DNA from: a virus
IMG/VR virus record: IMGVR_UViG_3300027741_000022
Span: 1-64,000 of that record
Length of the DNA: 64,000 nucleotides
Reading direction: 5' to 3' (one strand)
Part shown: positions 18,655 through 29,978 of the stretch, in pieces
Layout of the letters: every line of letters begins with the position of its first letter
Position numbering within the stretch: position 1 is the stretch's first letter
Position numbers and translations under genes: made by a program
The notes under the pieces: generated by a model
Databases searched by the model: none
The model's input: only the letters and a program-made list of their open reading frames with translations
Told to the model about the DNA's origin: nothing

Positions 18655-21600
18655 ATGAAACGCTGCGGAACAAACGAAATAATAAATAGAGATGCTGGGT
18701 TGAAGGCTTTTATAACAAGCCTTAAAAATAAATCAATTTTCTCAAAAGCCTCAATCAATGGCTCTTCTTTAAGTATACCGGTAGTTTTTCATGTTGTGGG
18801 AAATAGTACTGTTCAAAACTATGTGACAAACACCAGGATTCAAAATCAACTTCAAGAATTAAATGTTGATTATTCTGGTGTTAATTCGGATATAACACAT
18901 GTTCCTTCTGTTTTTCAATCGCAAAAAGCAGGCGACATGAAAATCAGTTTTTATACACATCAAATAATAAGAAGAACAACTACTGTAACACTATATTCCG
19001 CAGGATTTGATGCTTTCGGAGGCATGGATCCTTGCCAAGAAAGTATGAAGTATGACTCTTTGGGAGGCTCAAATTCTATAGATCCAGAAAACTACTTCAA
19101 TGTTTGGATATGTAATTTTACAAGCGATGGACAGCCACCAAGCGCCAATAATCAACTTTTAGGATATGCTTATTATCCATACTTTAAAACATTTGGGGGT
19201 TGTTACGCAACAGGAGATGGTGTTGTAATCCTATACAATTCTATAGGAAGCTTATCCAGCCCAGGCTCTAGCGGCTCTCCCTATAACCTGGGGAGGACTT
19301 TGGTTCATGAGACTGGACATTATTTGGGATTACATCACATATGGGATGACTGCCCTGATACCCAGTGTTGTGGAGTTTTGGATCTTCCTCTTCAAGCAGG
19401 TCCAAACGTAGGAAAGCCAACCCATCCTCATAGACTTGGTATATGCAGTTCAACTGGTGATATGTTCATGAATTATATGGATTATGTAGATGATGATACG
19501 TATTGCATGTTCTCAGGTAGTCAAAAAAATTCAATCTACACAGATGCAGAATTATATAGGCAAAGTTTTTTAATTACGCCTACGCCTGGACCAACTTCTA
19601 CACCAACACCAACAGCTACGCCTACCAAGACAGCCACACCAACAGCTACGCCTACCAAGACAGCCACACCAACAGCTACGCCTACCAAGACAGCCACACC
19701 AACAGCTACACCTACTAATACATCCACGCCAACAGCTACACCTACTAATACATCACCACCAACAGCTACACCAACACCTACCAAGACATCACCACCAACA
19801 GCTACACCAACACCAACATGGGCGGGCCCGCCGCCCGGGCGGCCAACACCAACACCTACCAAAACACCAACACTTACTCCCACTCCTACTTCAACACCAA
19901 TTGCCACATCAACCAACATACCAACTAACACACCAGCGCCCACAGTTACTACTACTGGTTGTAATAGGGTTATGGTTTTTTCTATATGCAACGCCAACGC
20001 CGCCCGAGATGATAATTTCGAAATTTATTTAAATGATCATTTATTGGGTATTGCTGATTTATCGAGAGATGATTTAATCGGATCTGTTTTTATAGCCAGC
20101 AATGATACTAACCTTACAATAACAGATCCAGACTTTGTTTGCCCTTTGTCTAAAATGGTAAAATATAATTTTGATCCAAGTTTTGTTCTTGAAGGAACGA
20201 ATACGGTCAAAATGAAAAACATTCAACTTAACAATAATGCTAATTGGGGAATTCTTGGGATTAGGAATTATTCAGTAGATGGCACAAATCTAAAAACTCC
20301 TTGTTACATTAAAAATCTAGAATATGCGGGTGATACTGGTGCTAATTTTGATTTTACTTTTGAATATCTTCAATGTTGCTATGAAGACCCTGGAGATCCA
20401 ACTACTTGTAACATACCATGTTTTAATTTAAAGCTTATAAAATCTGGAGAAAAAACTTGGGAAGGAACAGACGATAGTGGAAATAAAATAACAATAGATT
20501 TGGGGTTAAATGACCTGACAATAAGTGATTCAAAAGGACTAGCATATTGGAACAAGACTATTACAAATTGGAAGTCCAATATAATTAATGGGGTATTATC
20601 TGTTCCTGGTTGTGAGAAAATAAAAATCGGAGGTTTTTGTGATGCCGGAAATAATGACTGCGTAGAAATATTTGAGCAAGGATTCATTGGAGATGATCAA
20701 GAAGGAAATATAAGAAGATATTCTTGGAGCGAAGCAGAAGGATTTTTCTATAAAGATGGATCCAAAGTTAATAAAAGTCCGTGGACAATAAATGGAAATA
20801 AAATAAGGATAGATTTTGAAAATGATATAAATTGCGAAAAATATAATAAAAATATTCAAAAATCAACATGCAAAATATATCTTCAACTGATTTATCCATC
20901 CAATATAACTATAGGATGGGAAGGCAAAGCAGAAGTTCAAGATTCTTGTTATGAACAACTGCAAATAAAGATAAATGGATCTAAGTCTATACTGGCGCAT
21001 TCTGCCGGAGGCAATAAAGGATGCGACCCTGTTGAAGATGTGACGGCTATCCCAGCCAATCCTTATTCTAAAATTCTTCCTAAGGGTTTAAATGTAATTG
21101 AAATTAGTGTTGATACGTTAGATCCATTGTATCATTCGGGTGCTTATTATGAATTTACAATAGATCCCTTCTCTTGCTGTAAGTGTAGCCTTGAAATCCT
21201 GGATGTTATTGAAAAAGAAATTTTAGAAGATGGAAGCAGAGTTTACGAAGTTCGTGTTAGAAACGATTCGGGTAATTGCTGCGGACTTGAGTTTAAGTCT
21301 CATGATGGAACTTGGGTGCAAGTGCCAAGTGATAAGCTTGACTGCTCACTATTAGCAAGTGACAACAAGATAATAGCCACACTTCTAGATAGTTGGGTTT
21401 ATTGTCCAATGCCAACACCTGCGTTAACGGCACCGCCATTTAGCTGTCCTGGTAATTGTGCAAGTAATTTGATACTAAATGGAGATTTTGAACTTGATGC
21501 CCCTCAATCTGATGGTGGCACCTCTCAATACTGGACCGTGTCTAATGTTGATGTTACATCGGTAGAACTAACGGGACCCGATAAAAACGTCTGGATAGAC

Positions 21601-22515
21601 TTAAATTCATGCTCTATGGGTTATATCGAACAGTCTTTCTCAACGGTAGTCGGAAAAAATTATATATTACATTTTAATATGGGGGCTAATAATGGATGTA
21701 CTCCTTCTAATCCATGCAGTGGAAGAAATGATAATACGGAGTCTATTAAAACTTTTAGGGTTTCTGTTTCGGGAGTTGTACAAAACTATTCGTTTGATAT
21801 GACTGGGACTCCAAATTTAACTCCAGGAAGAAAATATGATTATGAGGGAATAGGTTGGATTCCACAATCCTTGGTTTTCAACGCTGTTGATACCACAACA
21901 ACTTTAAGATTTGAAAGCACATGCAGTTCTTGCGGCTGCTTCGGCGCGGCAGTAGATTGTGTTGAAGTTTGTGAGTTTATAGTCCCTACGCCAACAGCTA
22001 CACCAACACCGACAGCCACACAAACTGCCACACCAACACCAACATTGACAGAAACACTTCCTGGCTTCACATATCCACCAACACAAACACCAACACCAAC
22101 ACAAACACCAACACCAACACAAACACCAACATCAACACCAACACCTACCAAGACACCAACATCAACACCAACACCTACCAAGACACCAACATCGACACCA
22201 ACACCTACCAAGACACCAACATCGACACCAACACTTACTAAGACTCCACCACCAACAGCTACACCTACCAAAACTCCAACATCAACAGCTACACCCACCA
22301 AAACTCCAACATCAACACCACCACCACCACCAGGCCCACCACCAACAGCTACATTGACGGCAACTCCAGTGCCAACAGTAACACCAATAACTCCATCTTC
22401 TCAAAACTATAATAGAAGTGGTCAAGTTGGCTGGGATACCACCTCTATCGTAATCGACAATCAGCAAAAAAACTGGGGTTTGCTCAGGTGCCTTTCAGCC
22501 ACCAACCAGTTTTAA
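18655..22515 (+). CDS. M43 (pappalysin/ulilysin-like) zinc metalloprotease with two Pro/Thr linkers and a DUF642-like carbohydrate-binding domain
   Basis: RCGT pro-motif, [11 protein letters not shown] zinc motif, MNYMDY Met-turn; LILNGDFE...IDLN...[13 protein letters not shown]...FNM in the C-terminal domain. Confidence 0.85.
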   Translation: MKRCGTNEIINRDAGLKAFITSLKNKSIFSKASINGSSLSIPVVFHVVGNSTVQNYVTNTRIQNQLQELNVDYSGVNSDITHVPSVFQSQKAGDMKISFYTHQIIRRTTTVTLYSAGFDAFGGMDPCQESMKYDSLGGSNSIDPENYFNVWICNFTSDGQPPSANNQLLGYAYYPYFKTFGGCYATGDGVVILYNSIGSLSSPGSSGSPYNLGRTLVHETGHYLGLHHIWDDCPDTQCCGVLDLPLQAGPNVGKPTHPHRLGICSSTGDMFMNYMDYVDDDTYCMFSGSQKNSIYTDAELYRQSFLITPTPGPTSTPTPTATPTKTATPTATPTKTATPTATPTKTATPTATPTNTSTPTATPTNTSPPTATPTPTKTSPPTATPTPTWAGPPPGRPTPTPTKTPTLTPTPTSTPIATSTNIPTNTPAPTVTTTGCNRVMVFSICNANAARDDNFEIYLNDHLLGIADLSRDDLIGSVFIASNDTNLTITDPDFVCPLSKMVKYNFDPSFVLEGTNTVKMKNIQLNNNANWGILGIRNYSVDGTNLKTPCYIKNLEYAGDTGANFDFTFEYLQCCYEDPGDPTTCNIPCFNLKLIKSGEKTWEGTDDSGNKITIDLGLNDLTISDSKGLAYWNKTITNWKSNIINGVLSVPGCEKIKIGGFCDAGNNDCVEIFEQGFIGDDQEGNIRRYSWSEAEGFFYKDGSKVNKSPWTINGNKIRIDFENDINCEKYNKNIQKSTCKIYLQLIYPSNITIGWEGKAEVQDSCYEQLQIKINGSKSILAHSAGGNKGCDPVEDVTAIPANPYSKILPKGLNVIEISVDTLDPLYHSGAYYEFTIDPFSCCKCSLEILDVIEKEILEDGSRVYEVRVRNDSGNCCGLEFKSHDGTWVQVPSDKLDCSLLASDNKIIATLLDSWVYCPMPTPALTAPPFSCPGNCASNLILNGDFELDAPQSDGGTSQYWTVSNVDVTSVELTGPDKNVWIDLNSCSMGYIEQSFSTVVGKNYILHFNMGANNGCTPSNPCSGRNDNTESIKTFRVSVSGVVQNYSFDMTGTPNLTPGRKYDYEGIGWIPQSLVFNAVDTTTTLRFESTCSSCGCFGAAVDCVEVCEFIVPTPTATPTPTATQTATPTPTLTETLPGFTYPPTQTPTPTQTPTPTQTPTSTPTPTKTPTSTPTPTKTPTSTPTPTKTPTSTPTLTKTPPPTATPTKTPTSTATPTKTPTSTPPPPPGPPPTATLTATPVPTVTPITPSSQNYNRSGQVGWDTTSIVIDNQQKNWGLLRCLSATNQF
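19585..19950 (+). repeat. Pro/Thr coding repeat incl. three exact 30-bp units ACACCAACAGCTACGCCTACCAAGACAGCC
   Basis: Read directly (exact units 19606..19695). Confidence 0.9.
21985..22390 (+). repeat. Second Pro/Thr coding repeat ([16 protein letters not shown] units)
   Basis: Read directly. Confidence 0.9.
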
Positions 22516-22538
22516 CCTTCAACCTTAAGGATATTAAG

Positions 22539-24059
22539 ATGAAAAAATATATAATAACTTTAAAAGATATAAAAGACAAAGATGAGTTTTGTGATCAAAT
22601 GGATAAATCTATGTTTGGTTTATCAAAAGGATTTATTCCACAGAGAAGTTGCGATTGTGTTGTCAAAGGACCTATGAGCAGAAACACAACTTATGTTTTA
22701 AGTGAAGAGGAAGCTTCAATTCTAAAAAATGATGCGAGAATAAAAAGCATCGAATTATCTTTTGAGCAAATTCCTGGTTTCAAAATGGGGCCAGCCATTT
22801 TCACACCGCCAGAATATGAAATAGTTGGTTTAAAAAATTTTCAAGATAATCTGCAAGACAATTTTCAAACACAAGCTGTGGGCGATAAATATGCAACAAT
22901 ATCAAATGTTCCAAACGGAATAGATGTGGATGTAGTGATTGTTGATAATTATGTTGAAGCAAATCATCCTGAATTTGCCAAAAATCCAAACGGAACAGGA
23001 GGAAGCAGAGTCAACAGAATTAATTGGAATATATACGATCTTGAAGTTTTGGGGTATGTTTCTGGTCTTTCGTACGACTACACAGTAGATAATACAGAAT
23101 CACATGGCACACACACTGCTGGAATTACTGCTGGAAATACTCAAGGTTGGGCTAAAAAAGCAAACATATATCACATAAGATATAACACTCCTAACTGGGC
23201 ACAATACATCAGAGCTTTCCACAGAAACAAACCCCTAAAACCTAATGGTACAAAAAATCCAACGGTTACGAATAATTCTTGGGGTTATTTTTACGACCTT
23301 AGTGACCAACCAATAAACAACATAGCCAGTGTGACTTATAGGGGGGTTACAACTAATAGGCCCGCAGGAGGTTGGAATGCAGTAAATGACTTACTTTCAA
23401 AAGGTATATTATCACTTGTGAATGGAAATCTTTATATTTATAGTAATTTTATACCTTCTGTTAATGCTGATGTTGACGATATGGTTGCAGATGGAATAAT
23501 AGTTGCTGCAAGTGCTGGCAACAACTATGCTAAATGTGATGTTTCAGGGGGAGTTGATTATAATAATTATTTTATATTAAATTATAATGGTAGCCCATCT
23601 AATCAGTTTATTTATTATTACCATCGTGGCGCCTCTCCAGCAGCGAGCGACTCGGCAATATCTGTTGGTTCTATAAAAAGTTTGAAAATATCAGGATCTG
23701 AATATAAAACAAATTATAGTAATTGCGGACCAGCCGTCGATGTTTATGCACCTGGAGATGCAATTATTAGCTCTGTTTTGATAGCAGAGGCTAATAGTGT
23801 TGCTGATTCAAGAAATTCTGGATATGGATTGGCTAAATTCACTGGAACAAGCATGTCTGGACCTCAAGTGGCTGGCATGTTGGCTTGTATCTCAAGCACA
23901 AACCCATCATTTAATCAAGCTGCTGCCAAAAGTTATATTTCAACAAATGCAAAAAACACCATTGCTGATACCGGAGGTGGGGTCAGTGATTTTCAATCAT
24001 TGCAAGGATCTCCGAACAAATATCTGTATTATGCCGGATCTTCAGTTACTTATCCGTAA
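22539..24059 (+). CDS. S8 subtilisin-like protease with N-terminal prodomain, T4-like virion type
   Basis: VVIVDN, ESHGTHTAGITAG, ASAGN, FTGTSMSGPQVAG. Confidence 0.9.
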   Translation: MKKYIITLKDIKDKDEFCDQMDKSMFGLSKGFIPQRSCDCVVKGPMSRNTTYVLSEEEASILKNDARIKSIELSFEQIPGFKMGPAIFTPPEYEIVGLKNFQDNLQDNFQTQAVGDKYATISNVPNGIDVDVVIVDNYVEANHPEFAKNPNGTGGSRVNRINWNIYDLEVLGYVSGLSYDYTVDNTESHGTHTAGITAGNTQGWAKKANIYHIRYNTPNWAQYIRAFHRNKPLKPNGTKNPTVTNNSWGYFYDLSDQPINNIASVTYRGVTTNRPAGGWNAVNDLLSKGILSLVNGNLYIYSNFIPSVNADVDDMVADGIIVAASAGNNYAKCDVSGGVDYNNYFILNYNGSPSNQFIYYYHRGASPAASDSAISVGSIKSLKISGSEYKTNYSNCGPAVDVYAPGDAIISSVLIAEANSVADSRNSGYGLAKFTGTSMSGPQVAGMLACISSTNPSFNQAAAKSYISTNAKNTIADTGGGVSDFQSLQGSPNKYLYYAGSSVTYP

Positions 24060-24151
24060 ATTTGTTTCCAAACTCTTTTTAAATTTTTATATATAAAAAT
24101 AATATATACTTATAGTGCAATGAAGCACAATCTTTTTAAAAGGAGTTTGAT

Positions 24152-24958
24152 ATGTTGAATAATTTAACAGTAGTTACCGGTGAGCACGGATACGGATACG
24201 ATGCTTACTATCTTGCTAGAAAAAACGAATCTTTGGCTTTCCCCTCAAACACAGATATAGCGAGCTCTTTGGGGGCAATAAACTATAAAATAAAAACAGT
24301 TAATTTTCCTGTTGATATGACTGTTAATGGAACTTTGATGAGTTTTTCAGAAACACCAACCGGTTACTTAGCTAAAGTGGCTAAGCATTTTCCTGTAATG
24401 GATGAGGTTATTTTGCGTGAAATTGGTGGAACTAGTGTGGAATATGTTCTAGTTAACACCCCAACAGTCGGAAATTTAGATAATTATATAAGAGGAACCA
24501 TTTATGATGGTACGACCGCGATTCAAACTTTTACAGTCGCTAGGGGCTCAACAACTCTTGTTATTGAAAAAATCGGAGCATCACAACCAACAATTAGAGC
24601 TACAACTGGCTTCATGACAATAGAAGACAAAAAAATTACACTGACCTGGAATCAAGATCCAGGTGCCAGCTCTATTGTTGTTGATTATGAATATATGAGC
24701 TCGGAAGCCACATCAGTTTTAAGTAAAGTTAAGCCAGTTGCTGATCAGTATGAAAATGTTTCTGTTTATGGATCAACTTCGATCAAAACAAAGTATATTA
24801 AAATTATGACTAACTTTAAGTGCAAGACACCACTAGGATATACTTATACCGAAAGCAGAGTTTTTTATACCAGATGTAAATATAAAAGTAATTCTTGCTC
24901 ATCTAACAGCAATGCTATTGTTCCTGCAATAACAGTTTGCAATCAAAAATTGTTCTAA
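24152..24958 (+). CDS. Hypothetical beta-rich (probably structural) protein
   Basis: Long ORF with RBS AAGGAG; no recognised motif. Confidence 0.55.
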   Translation: MLNNLTVVTGEHGYGYDAYYLARKNESLAFPSNTDIASSLGAINYKIKTVNFPVDMTVNGTLMSFSETPTGYLAKVAKHFPVMDEVILREIGGTSVEYVLVNTPTVGNLDNYIRGTIYDGTTAIQTFTVARGSTTLVIEKIGASQPTIRATTGFMTIEDKKITLTWNQDPGASSIVVDYEYMSSEATSVLSKVKPVADQYENVSVYGSTSIKTKYIKIMTNFKCKTPLGYTYTESRVFYTRCKYKSNSCSSNSNAIVPAITVCNQKLF

Positions 24959-24982
24959 TTAAATTGAACCTAAAGTTTGGTT

Positions 24983-25018
24983 ACAACCCCCGAATAAAAT
25001 CGGGGGTTGTTTTTTTTT
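24983..25018 (+). terminator. Intrinsic terminator
   Basis: ACAACCCCCGA-ataaaa-TCGGGGGTTGT followed by a T run. Confidence 0.85.
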
Positions 25019-25071
25019 GAAATTTTAAACTCTAATATTTTTGGCAAGGAAATTATTAGAAAGGAAACTAT

Positions 25072-25254
25072 ATGCTAGTGCTAAGTAGAAAAAAAGACGA
25101 GACCATTCTTTTAAAGACATCCAACAACGAGGATATTAAAATAACCGTTGTTAAAATTGATAATAAGAATAAAGTAAGAATAGGAATAGAAGCTCCAAGG
25201 GAAGTTACAGTAGTAAGATCAGAATTAATTACCAAGGAAATCAACGGACTCTAA
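25072..25254 (+). CDS. csrA: Carbon storage regulator CsrA/RsmA homolog
   Basis: MLVLSRKKDETI...ITVV...VRIGIEAPREVTVVRSEL matches the CsrA consensus; AAAGGA RBS. Confidence 0.92.
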   Translation: MLVLSRKKDETILLKTSNNEDIKITVVKIDNKNKVRIGIEAPREVTVVRSELITKEINGL

Positions 25255-25297
25255 AAAATCTTTTTTATACGCCCTTCTCAGAGACCGGCGGTATGTG

Positions 25298-26866
25298 TCA
25301 AGTGTACACTATGATCATTCCGCAGGGTTGTCTGCCCGATATATGTGATGGATCAAATCCATCATTAGGACAGCCTAAGTCGTAAGTTCCCGGTGAGCAC
25401 ACGCAATCCCGGCAAGCGTCAGGATTACCATCTCCGTTGTAATCTACCGTTGCGGAACATTGATTATAATCATCTCCTATTCTTCTTTTGCTTATTGCAT
25501 AATTTGGAGGGTTGGAGCAATCAAACGCGTCTATCTCCACCAAGAAATAATATTGTTCATTTGGAGTTGAAGTTATATTAAACAAATTCAGCAAGATGGA
25601 ACTGCTCACCTCGGTGCAGACAGTCCCGGTAAATGGCAAGCCGGTCTCAGTATTTATTGCTGCAGCACAAACTGCAGGTGAAGTTGACCAATTAAAACCA
25701 GGTCCAATAGATTGCAACACTTTGGTGGCTACTTGCCCCCAATTAGTATTGGTGCCATAATATGTAACATTAACCACTCCTTGAATTCTGGCTCCGTTTA
25801 AATCTGACGGTGATCCTGTATTCCAAGACACAGATATTAAATCAATATTATTATATGGACTGCTGTTTCCTGTTCCATTGCCTAATCTTATCCCTAAATG
25901 TGGGAAGCTAGATGTAGCGGTAGTGTTTACGCCTAATTGTATGTCACAGCCCCCCGGCGAAGGGCAACCAAGGCAAAGCTCTCCTGCAACAGATCCTGAG
26001 CCACCACATGATAATATTCCATCAAATGCTGGTGTTGCACTTGGTGTTGGTCCTGGCGTAGCTGTGGGCGTAGCTGTGGGCGTAGCTGTGGGCGTAGCTG
26101 TGGGTGTGGCTGTGGGTCCAAGTGTAGCTGTAGGTCCAGGTGTAGATGTTGGTCCAATTGTTGCCGTCGCCGCCGGCGTAGCTGTCGGTGTAGCTGTTGG
26201 TGTAGCGGTAGAGGTCGGAGTAGGTGTTGGTGTCGGAAAACTATATAGTACCCAATTTGGATCGCTACCGCCAGGAAGAGTAGATATAAAAACATACGAC
26301 TGATTCGGTACCAGTTGCCTTAAAAGATTCATTCCATTTGATGCGGCATTCCAACTTATAAAGCCAGTGCCAGCAGTGTTAGTTCCAAATATAGTATCAA
26401 CTTTATTATCACGTATAAACGGTAAGTCATTGTTGATTGTCACAGGCATAGTACTATTATTATTAATTGATCCCGCATGACCTGCAGTTCCTGGTTTTCC
26501 ATCTCCTCTAAACATTGCTATTTGTTTTTGGTACGTTATAGTTTTTGCATAAGGAAGTTGGGATGTTTCTGTGTATAGCGTATAAGATCCCGTTCCTGGA
26601 TTATTTCTTATATAATATCCATAATATTCTGTGAATTCTTTGAGCTTATCGTTTAAAGGCGTGTTGGTCCAAGATTTATAATTATTTGCTTTGCGTGTTC
26701 CTGGAAATGCGGCGTCTGTTGTTAGGCTAAGACCATAAACTATTTTTGCGTTGCTCAAATTTGGAAAATTCGTCAAATCGATAGATGTGCCCTTTACAGA
26801 GGGGTTTCTGGTGAGAGGTGAGCCAGAGAAATACTCAAATATAACGATTTTTTTATCTATATTCAT
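25298..26866 (-). CDS. Pro/Thr/Ala-repeat protein with Cys-rich C-terminal domain (putative virion protein)
   Basis: [18 protein letters not shown]... linker (12-bp units at about 26053..26110). Confidence 0.55.
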   Translation of the reverse strand: MNIDKKIVIFEYFSGSPLTRNPSVKGTSIDLTNFPNLSNAKIVYGLSLTTDAAFPGTRKANNYKSWTNTPLNDKLKEFTEYYGYYIRNNPGTGSYTLYTETSQLPYAKTITYQKQIAMFRGDGKPGTAGHAGSINNNSTMPVTINNDLPFIRDNKVDTIFGTNTAGTGFISWNAASNGMNLLRQLVPNQSYVFISTLPGGSDPNWVLYSFPTPTPTPTSTATPTATPTATPAATATIGPTSTPGPTATLGPTATPTATPTATPTATPTATPGPTPSATPAFDGILSCGGSGSVAGELCLGCPSPGGCDIQLGVNTTATSSFPHLGIRLGNGTGNSSPYNNIDLISVSWNTGSPSDLNGARIQGVVNVTYYGTNTNWGQVATKVLQSIGPGFNWSTSPAVCAAAINTETGLPFTGTVCTEVSSSILLNLFNITSTPNEQYYFLVEIDAFDCSNPPNYAISKRRIGDDYNQCSATVDYNGDGNPDACRDCVCSPGTYDLGCPNDGFDPSHISGRQPCGMIIVYT

Positions 26867-26967
26867 TTTTGTTATTCGTTAAAAATTGCAATGTATTATA
26901 TATGTTGTAATTTTTGAATATTTTTACAAATTAACTACATTAGATTAAACTTTAAAGGATTAATTTA

Positions 26968-28215
26968 ATGAAAAATTCCATATTTGTGCAGATTGCAGCA
27001 TACAGAGACAGTCAGCTTACTCCTACTTTAAGAGATATGATTGAAAAAGCTGAAAACCCTCAAAATTTAAAAATATGTATATGTTGGCAGCATTCTAAAG
27101 ATGATGCTTGGGATAATTTGGATGAATTTAAAAACGATGATAGATTTATAATATTAGATACAAATTATAAAGATAGCTTGGGTGTTTGTTGGGCAAGAAA
27201 TGCAGTTCAACAGAAATATAATGGAGAAGACTACACCCTGCAAATAGACAGCCACCACAGGTTTGTTGAAAATTGGGATACTGAATGTATAAAGATGTTG
27301 GATCAACTTAAAGAAAAGGGTCATAAAAAACCATTATTAACATCATATGTCCCCAGTTATGATCCTGATAATGACCCAAAAGGTAGAGTTCAAGAACCGT
27401 GGAGAATGAACTTTGATAGGTTTATTCCAGAAGGTGCAATATTCTTTTTACCAGGACATATAGAAAATTGGAAGAATTTAACTGAACCAATTCATGCAAG
27501 ATTCTATAGTGCTCATTTCTGCTTCGCCCCAGGATCATTTTGTGTAGAAGTTCCTCATGATCCAAATTATTATTTTCATGGAGAAGAAATCAGTGTTGCA
27601 GTAAGAGCTTATACTTGGGGTTATGACCTTTTTCATCCACATAAAATAATATGCTGGCATGAATACACAAGAAAAAATAGAACAAAACAGTGGGATGATG
27701 ATAAAAAGTGGTATGAAAAAAATGAAAGATGTCACCTAAGAAACAGAAAACTTTTCGAAATGGATGGAGAAAAGAAGGATATAGACTTTGGAATATATGA
27801 TTTTGGAAAAGAAAGAACTGTTCAAGATTACGAAAGGTATGCTGGCATCAACTTTAAATTAAGAGCCATACAAAAACACACTCTTGATTTAAATAACCCA
27901 CCAAACCCAATAATAGCAGATGAAAAAGAATATTTGGATTCTTTTCTTAAAATATTTAAGCACTGTATAGATATTCAACACGATCAGTTAAAATATGGTG
28001 ATTATGATTTTTGGGTTGTTTCTTTTGAGTTAAATGACGGTACTGTAATCAACAGAAAAGATGCTGATGAAAATGAAATCAGATCTATAAGAAGTGACCC
28101 CAGCTATTGTAAGGTTTGGAGAGAATTTTCGTGCGAAAGAAAGCCTGAGAAGTGGGTTGTTTGGACGCACGGAAAAGATGGTGAGTGGAAAGAGAGATAT
28201 GAAGGAAAACTGTGA
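26968..28215 (+). CDS. GT60 / PF11397-like (Gnt1-type) GlcNAc transferase
   Basis: SIFVQIAAYRD, GVCWAR, LQIDSHHRF, FYSAHFCF, VPHDP..YFHGEEI, WHEY. Confidence 0.82.
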   Translation: MKNSIFVQIAAYRDSQLTPTLRDMIEKAENPQNLKICICWQHSKDDAWDNLDEFKNDDRFIILDTNYKDSLGVCWARNAVQQKYNGEDYTLQIDSHHRFVENWDTECIKMLDQLKEKGHKKPLLTSYVPSYDPDNDPKGRVQEPWRMNFDRFIPEGAIFFLPGHIENWKNLTEPIHARFYSAHFCFAPGSFCVEVPHDPNYYFHGEEISVAVRAYTWGYDLFHPHKIICWHEYTRKNRTKQWDDDKKWYEKNERCHLRNRKLFEMDGEKKDIDFGIYDFGKERTVQDYERYAGINFKLRAIQKHTLDLNNPPNPIIADEKEYLDSFLKIFKHCIDIQHDQLKYGDYDFWVVSFELNDGTVINRKDADENEIRSIRSDPSYCKVWREFSCERKPEKWVVWTHGKDGEWKERYEGKL

Positions 28216-28448
28216 TTGACGAATACGACCTTTTGTTTTATACAGCAATGACATTTTTGCTTAGTTTTTGGTTTGCGGTATACCAAATATCCGCCTATAT
28301 CAAAGAAAATAAAGAACTAAACGACAAAATAGATAATTTTGATAAAATGATAAGTGCTGCCTCTTACACCATAATCAAGCTTGAAATGGAAAACAGAAAG
28401 CTTTTGAAACTCCTTTCACAAATACAAACTGGACACGATCACCATTAG
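28212..28448 (+). CDS. Small membrane-anchored coiled-coil protein
   Basis: N-terminal hydrophobic helix LLFYTAMTFLLSFWFAVYQI. Confidence 0.55.
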   Translation: MIDEYDLLFYTAMTFLLSFWFAVYQISAYIKENKELNDKIDNFDKMISAASYTIIKLEMENRKLLKLLSQIQTGHDHH

Positions 28449-28454
28449 GATGGT

Positions 28455-29468
28455 ATGATCGGTGTCATGCTCAAGGAAGCTTTCGATAAATATTCTGAAG
28501 ATGGGTGGATAATTTCCAAAAGACACCCGATATTTCCAATTACAATATATAATTATTCAATTAAAACCCAATACGAAGAACATTGGGATGATATAACCTT
28601 GCAAGCACGAGGGTTAGTGCTTGATGACTATGGCGAAGTAGTCGCAAGACCTTTTCGCAAATTTTTTAACCTCAACCAAGGTCGTTTTGTTCCCACAAAT
28701 GAATTTGAAGTTTATGAAAAATATGACGGATCTCTTGGTATTGTTTTTTATTATGAAAATAATTGGCACATAGCTACAAGAGGATCTTTCACTTCAGAAC
28801 AGTCTGTTTTGGGCAAAAGCTTTTTAAATCGATACGACCTGGCTACCCTAGAAACAGACAAAACCTATTTATTCGAAATAGTAGGTAAAAACAATAGAAT
28901 TGTAGTTGACTATGGTGACCTTGAAGACTTAGTTTTATTGTCTGCGTTTGATAACAAGAGTGGAAAAGAAATTCATCGCAAAGAATTAGAGAACATTGGT
29001 TTTAGACTGTGTGAAAAGTATGATGGCATAAATGACTACGGAACTCTTGCAGACACAATAGGGCAGAATAGGGAAGGATACGTAGTAAGATTTTCAAACG
29101 GACACAGAGCGAAAATAAAAGGCACAGAATACCTCAGACTCCACAAAATTATCACAAATCTTTCTACAACCGCTATTTGGGAAACAATATCTACCGGTAA
29201 AAGCGTTCTCGAATTGCTTGAGGGTTTCCCAGATGAGTTTTACAATAAAGTAAAACAGTATGAAGGGGAATTGTTGTCCAAATATAAAGAATTGAAAGAT
29301 TTTTATACAAAATTATTTGATGAAATTAATGAAAAAGAGAATAGAAAGCTATTTGCAGAAACTGCCAAAAAATATGAAAAACCTTCTATCCTCTTCTCAT
29401 TACTAGATAAAAAAGACATATCCCAAATGATATGGGATTATATCAAGCCGGAATTTTCAAAGATCTAG
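28455..29468 (+). CDS. T4 Rnl1-like RNA ligase
   Basis: ARGLVLD, RPFRKFFN, motif I EKYDGS, FEIV, EGYVVRF, AKIKGTEYLRLH. Confidence 0.88.
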   Translation: MIGVMLKEAFDKYSEDGWIISKRHPIFPITIYNYSIKTQYEEHWDDITLQARGLVLDDYGEVVARPFRKFFNLNQGRFVPTNEFEVYEKYDGSLGIVFYYENNWHIATRGSFTSEQSVLGKSFLNRYDLATLETDKTYLFEIVGKNNRIVVDYGDLEDLVLLSAFDNKSGKEIHRKELENIGFRLCEKYDGINDYGTLADTIGQNREGYVVRFSNGHRAKIKGTEYLRLHKIITNLSTTAIWETISTGKSVLELLEGFPDEFYNKVKQYEGELLSKYKELKDFYTKLFDEINEKENRKLFAETAKKYEKPSILFSLLDKKDISQMIWDYIKPEFSKI

Positions 29469-29893
29469 CTGCCTAGCCAATTAAGAAACTCTTTAGATCC
29501 CATATAACCGGAAGATCTTTTAACTGTATCTTCGTTTTTATCAATTATTAAAAAGCTTGGCAAAGTTTTTACCTTAAACTTTTCTTTTACATCTTTGAAT
29601 TTTTTATCATCCACATCTATCTTTAGGACCACAAAGTTTTTAACCAGATATTTCTCTACATCTTTATCTTTGAATGTAGTGTTTTTCATTTTAACACAAT
29701 AGCCGCACCAGTCAGCTCCAAAGTAAACAAAAACTTTTGTGTTCGTAGATTTGGAAAGATCCAATGCATCTTCGTATGTTTCAACCTCTCCAGGACCCAT
29801 TTTTACAACTGATACTATCTCATCTTCTGCAAAGCACAATACGCTTGCCATTATAATAAAAGACGTTGCTAATATTATCATTAAATTTTTCAT
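29465..29893 (-). CDS. Exported thioredoxin-family protein
   Basis: Signal-like N-terminus; FGADWCGYCVKM; VKTLPSF. Confidence 0.85.
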   Translation of the reverse strand: MKNLMIILATSFIIMASVLCFAEDEIVSVVKMGPGEVETYEDALDLSKSTNTKVFVYFGADWCGYCVKMKNTTFKDKDVEKYLVKNFVVLKIDVDDKKFKDVKEKFKVKTLPSFLIIDKNEDTVKRSSGYMGSKEFLNWLGS

Positions 29894-29978
29894 ATAATCC
29901 TCCTTAATTAAGTGTTTTAATACATCCCTGTATAGTATTTAGTTGTTATTTTATATTTTAAACAAGCTAAATATATTC

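Noticed and set aside
19536-26303. Long VGVGVAV-type ORFs (711..902, 15770..16018, 19536..19997, 21840..22301, 25878..26303)
   Set aside because: Antisense shadows of Pro/Thr repeats, which lack stop codons on the opposite strand.
26523-26536. Partial match to the 18-bp motif (GTTTTTGGTACGTT)
   Set aside because: Inside a minus-strand CDS, wrong spacing and two mismatches; likely chance.
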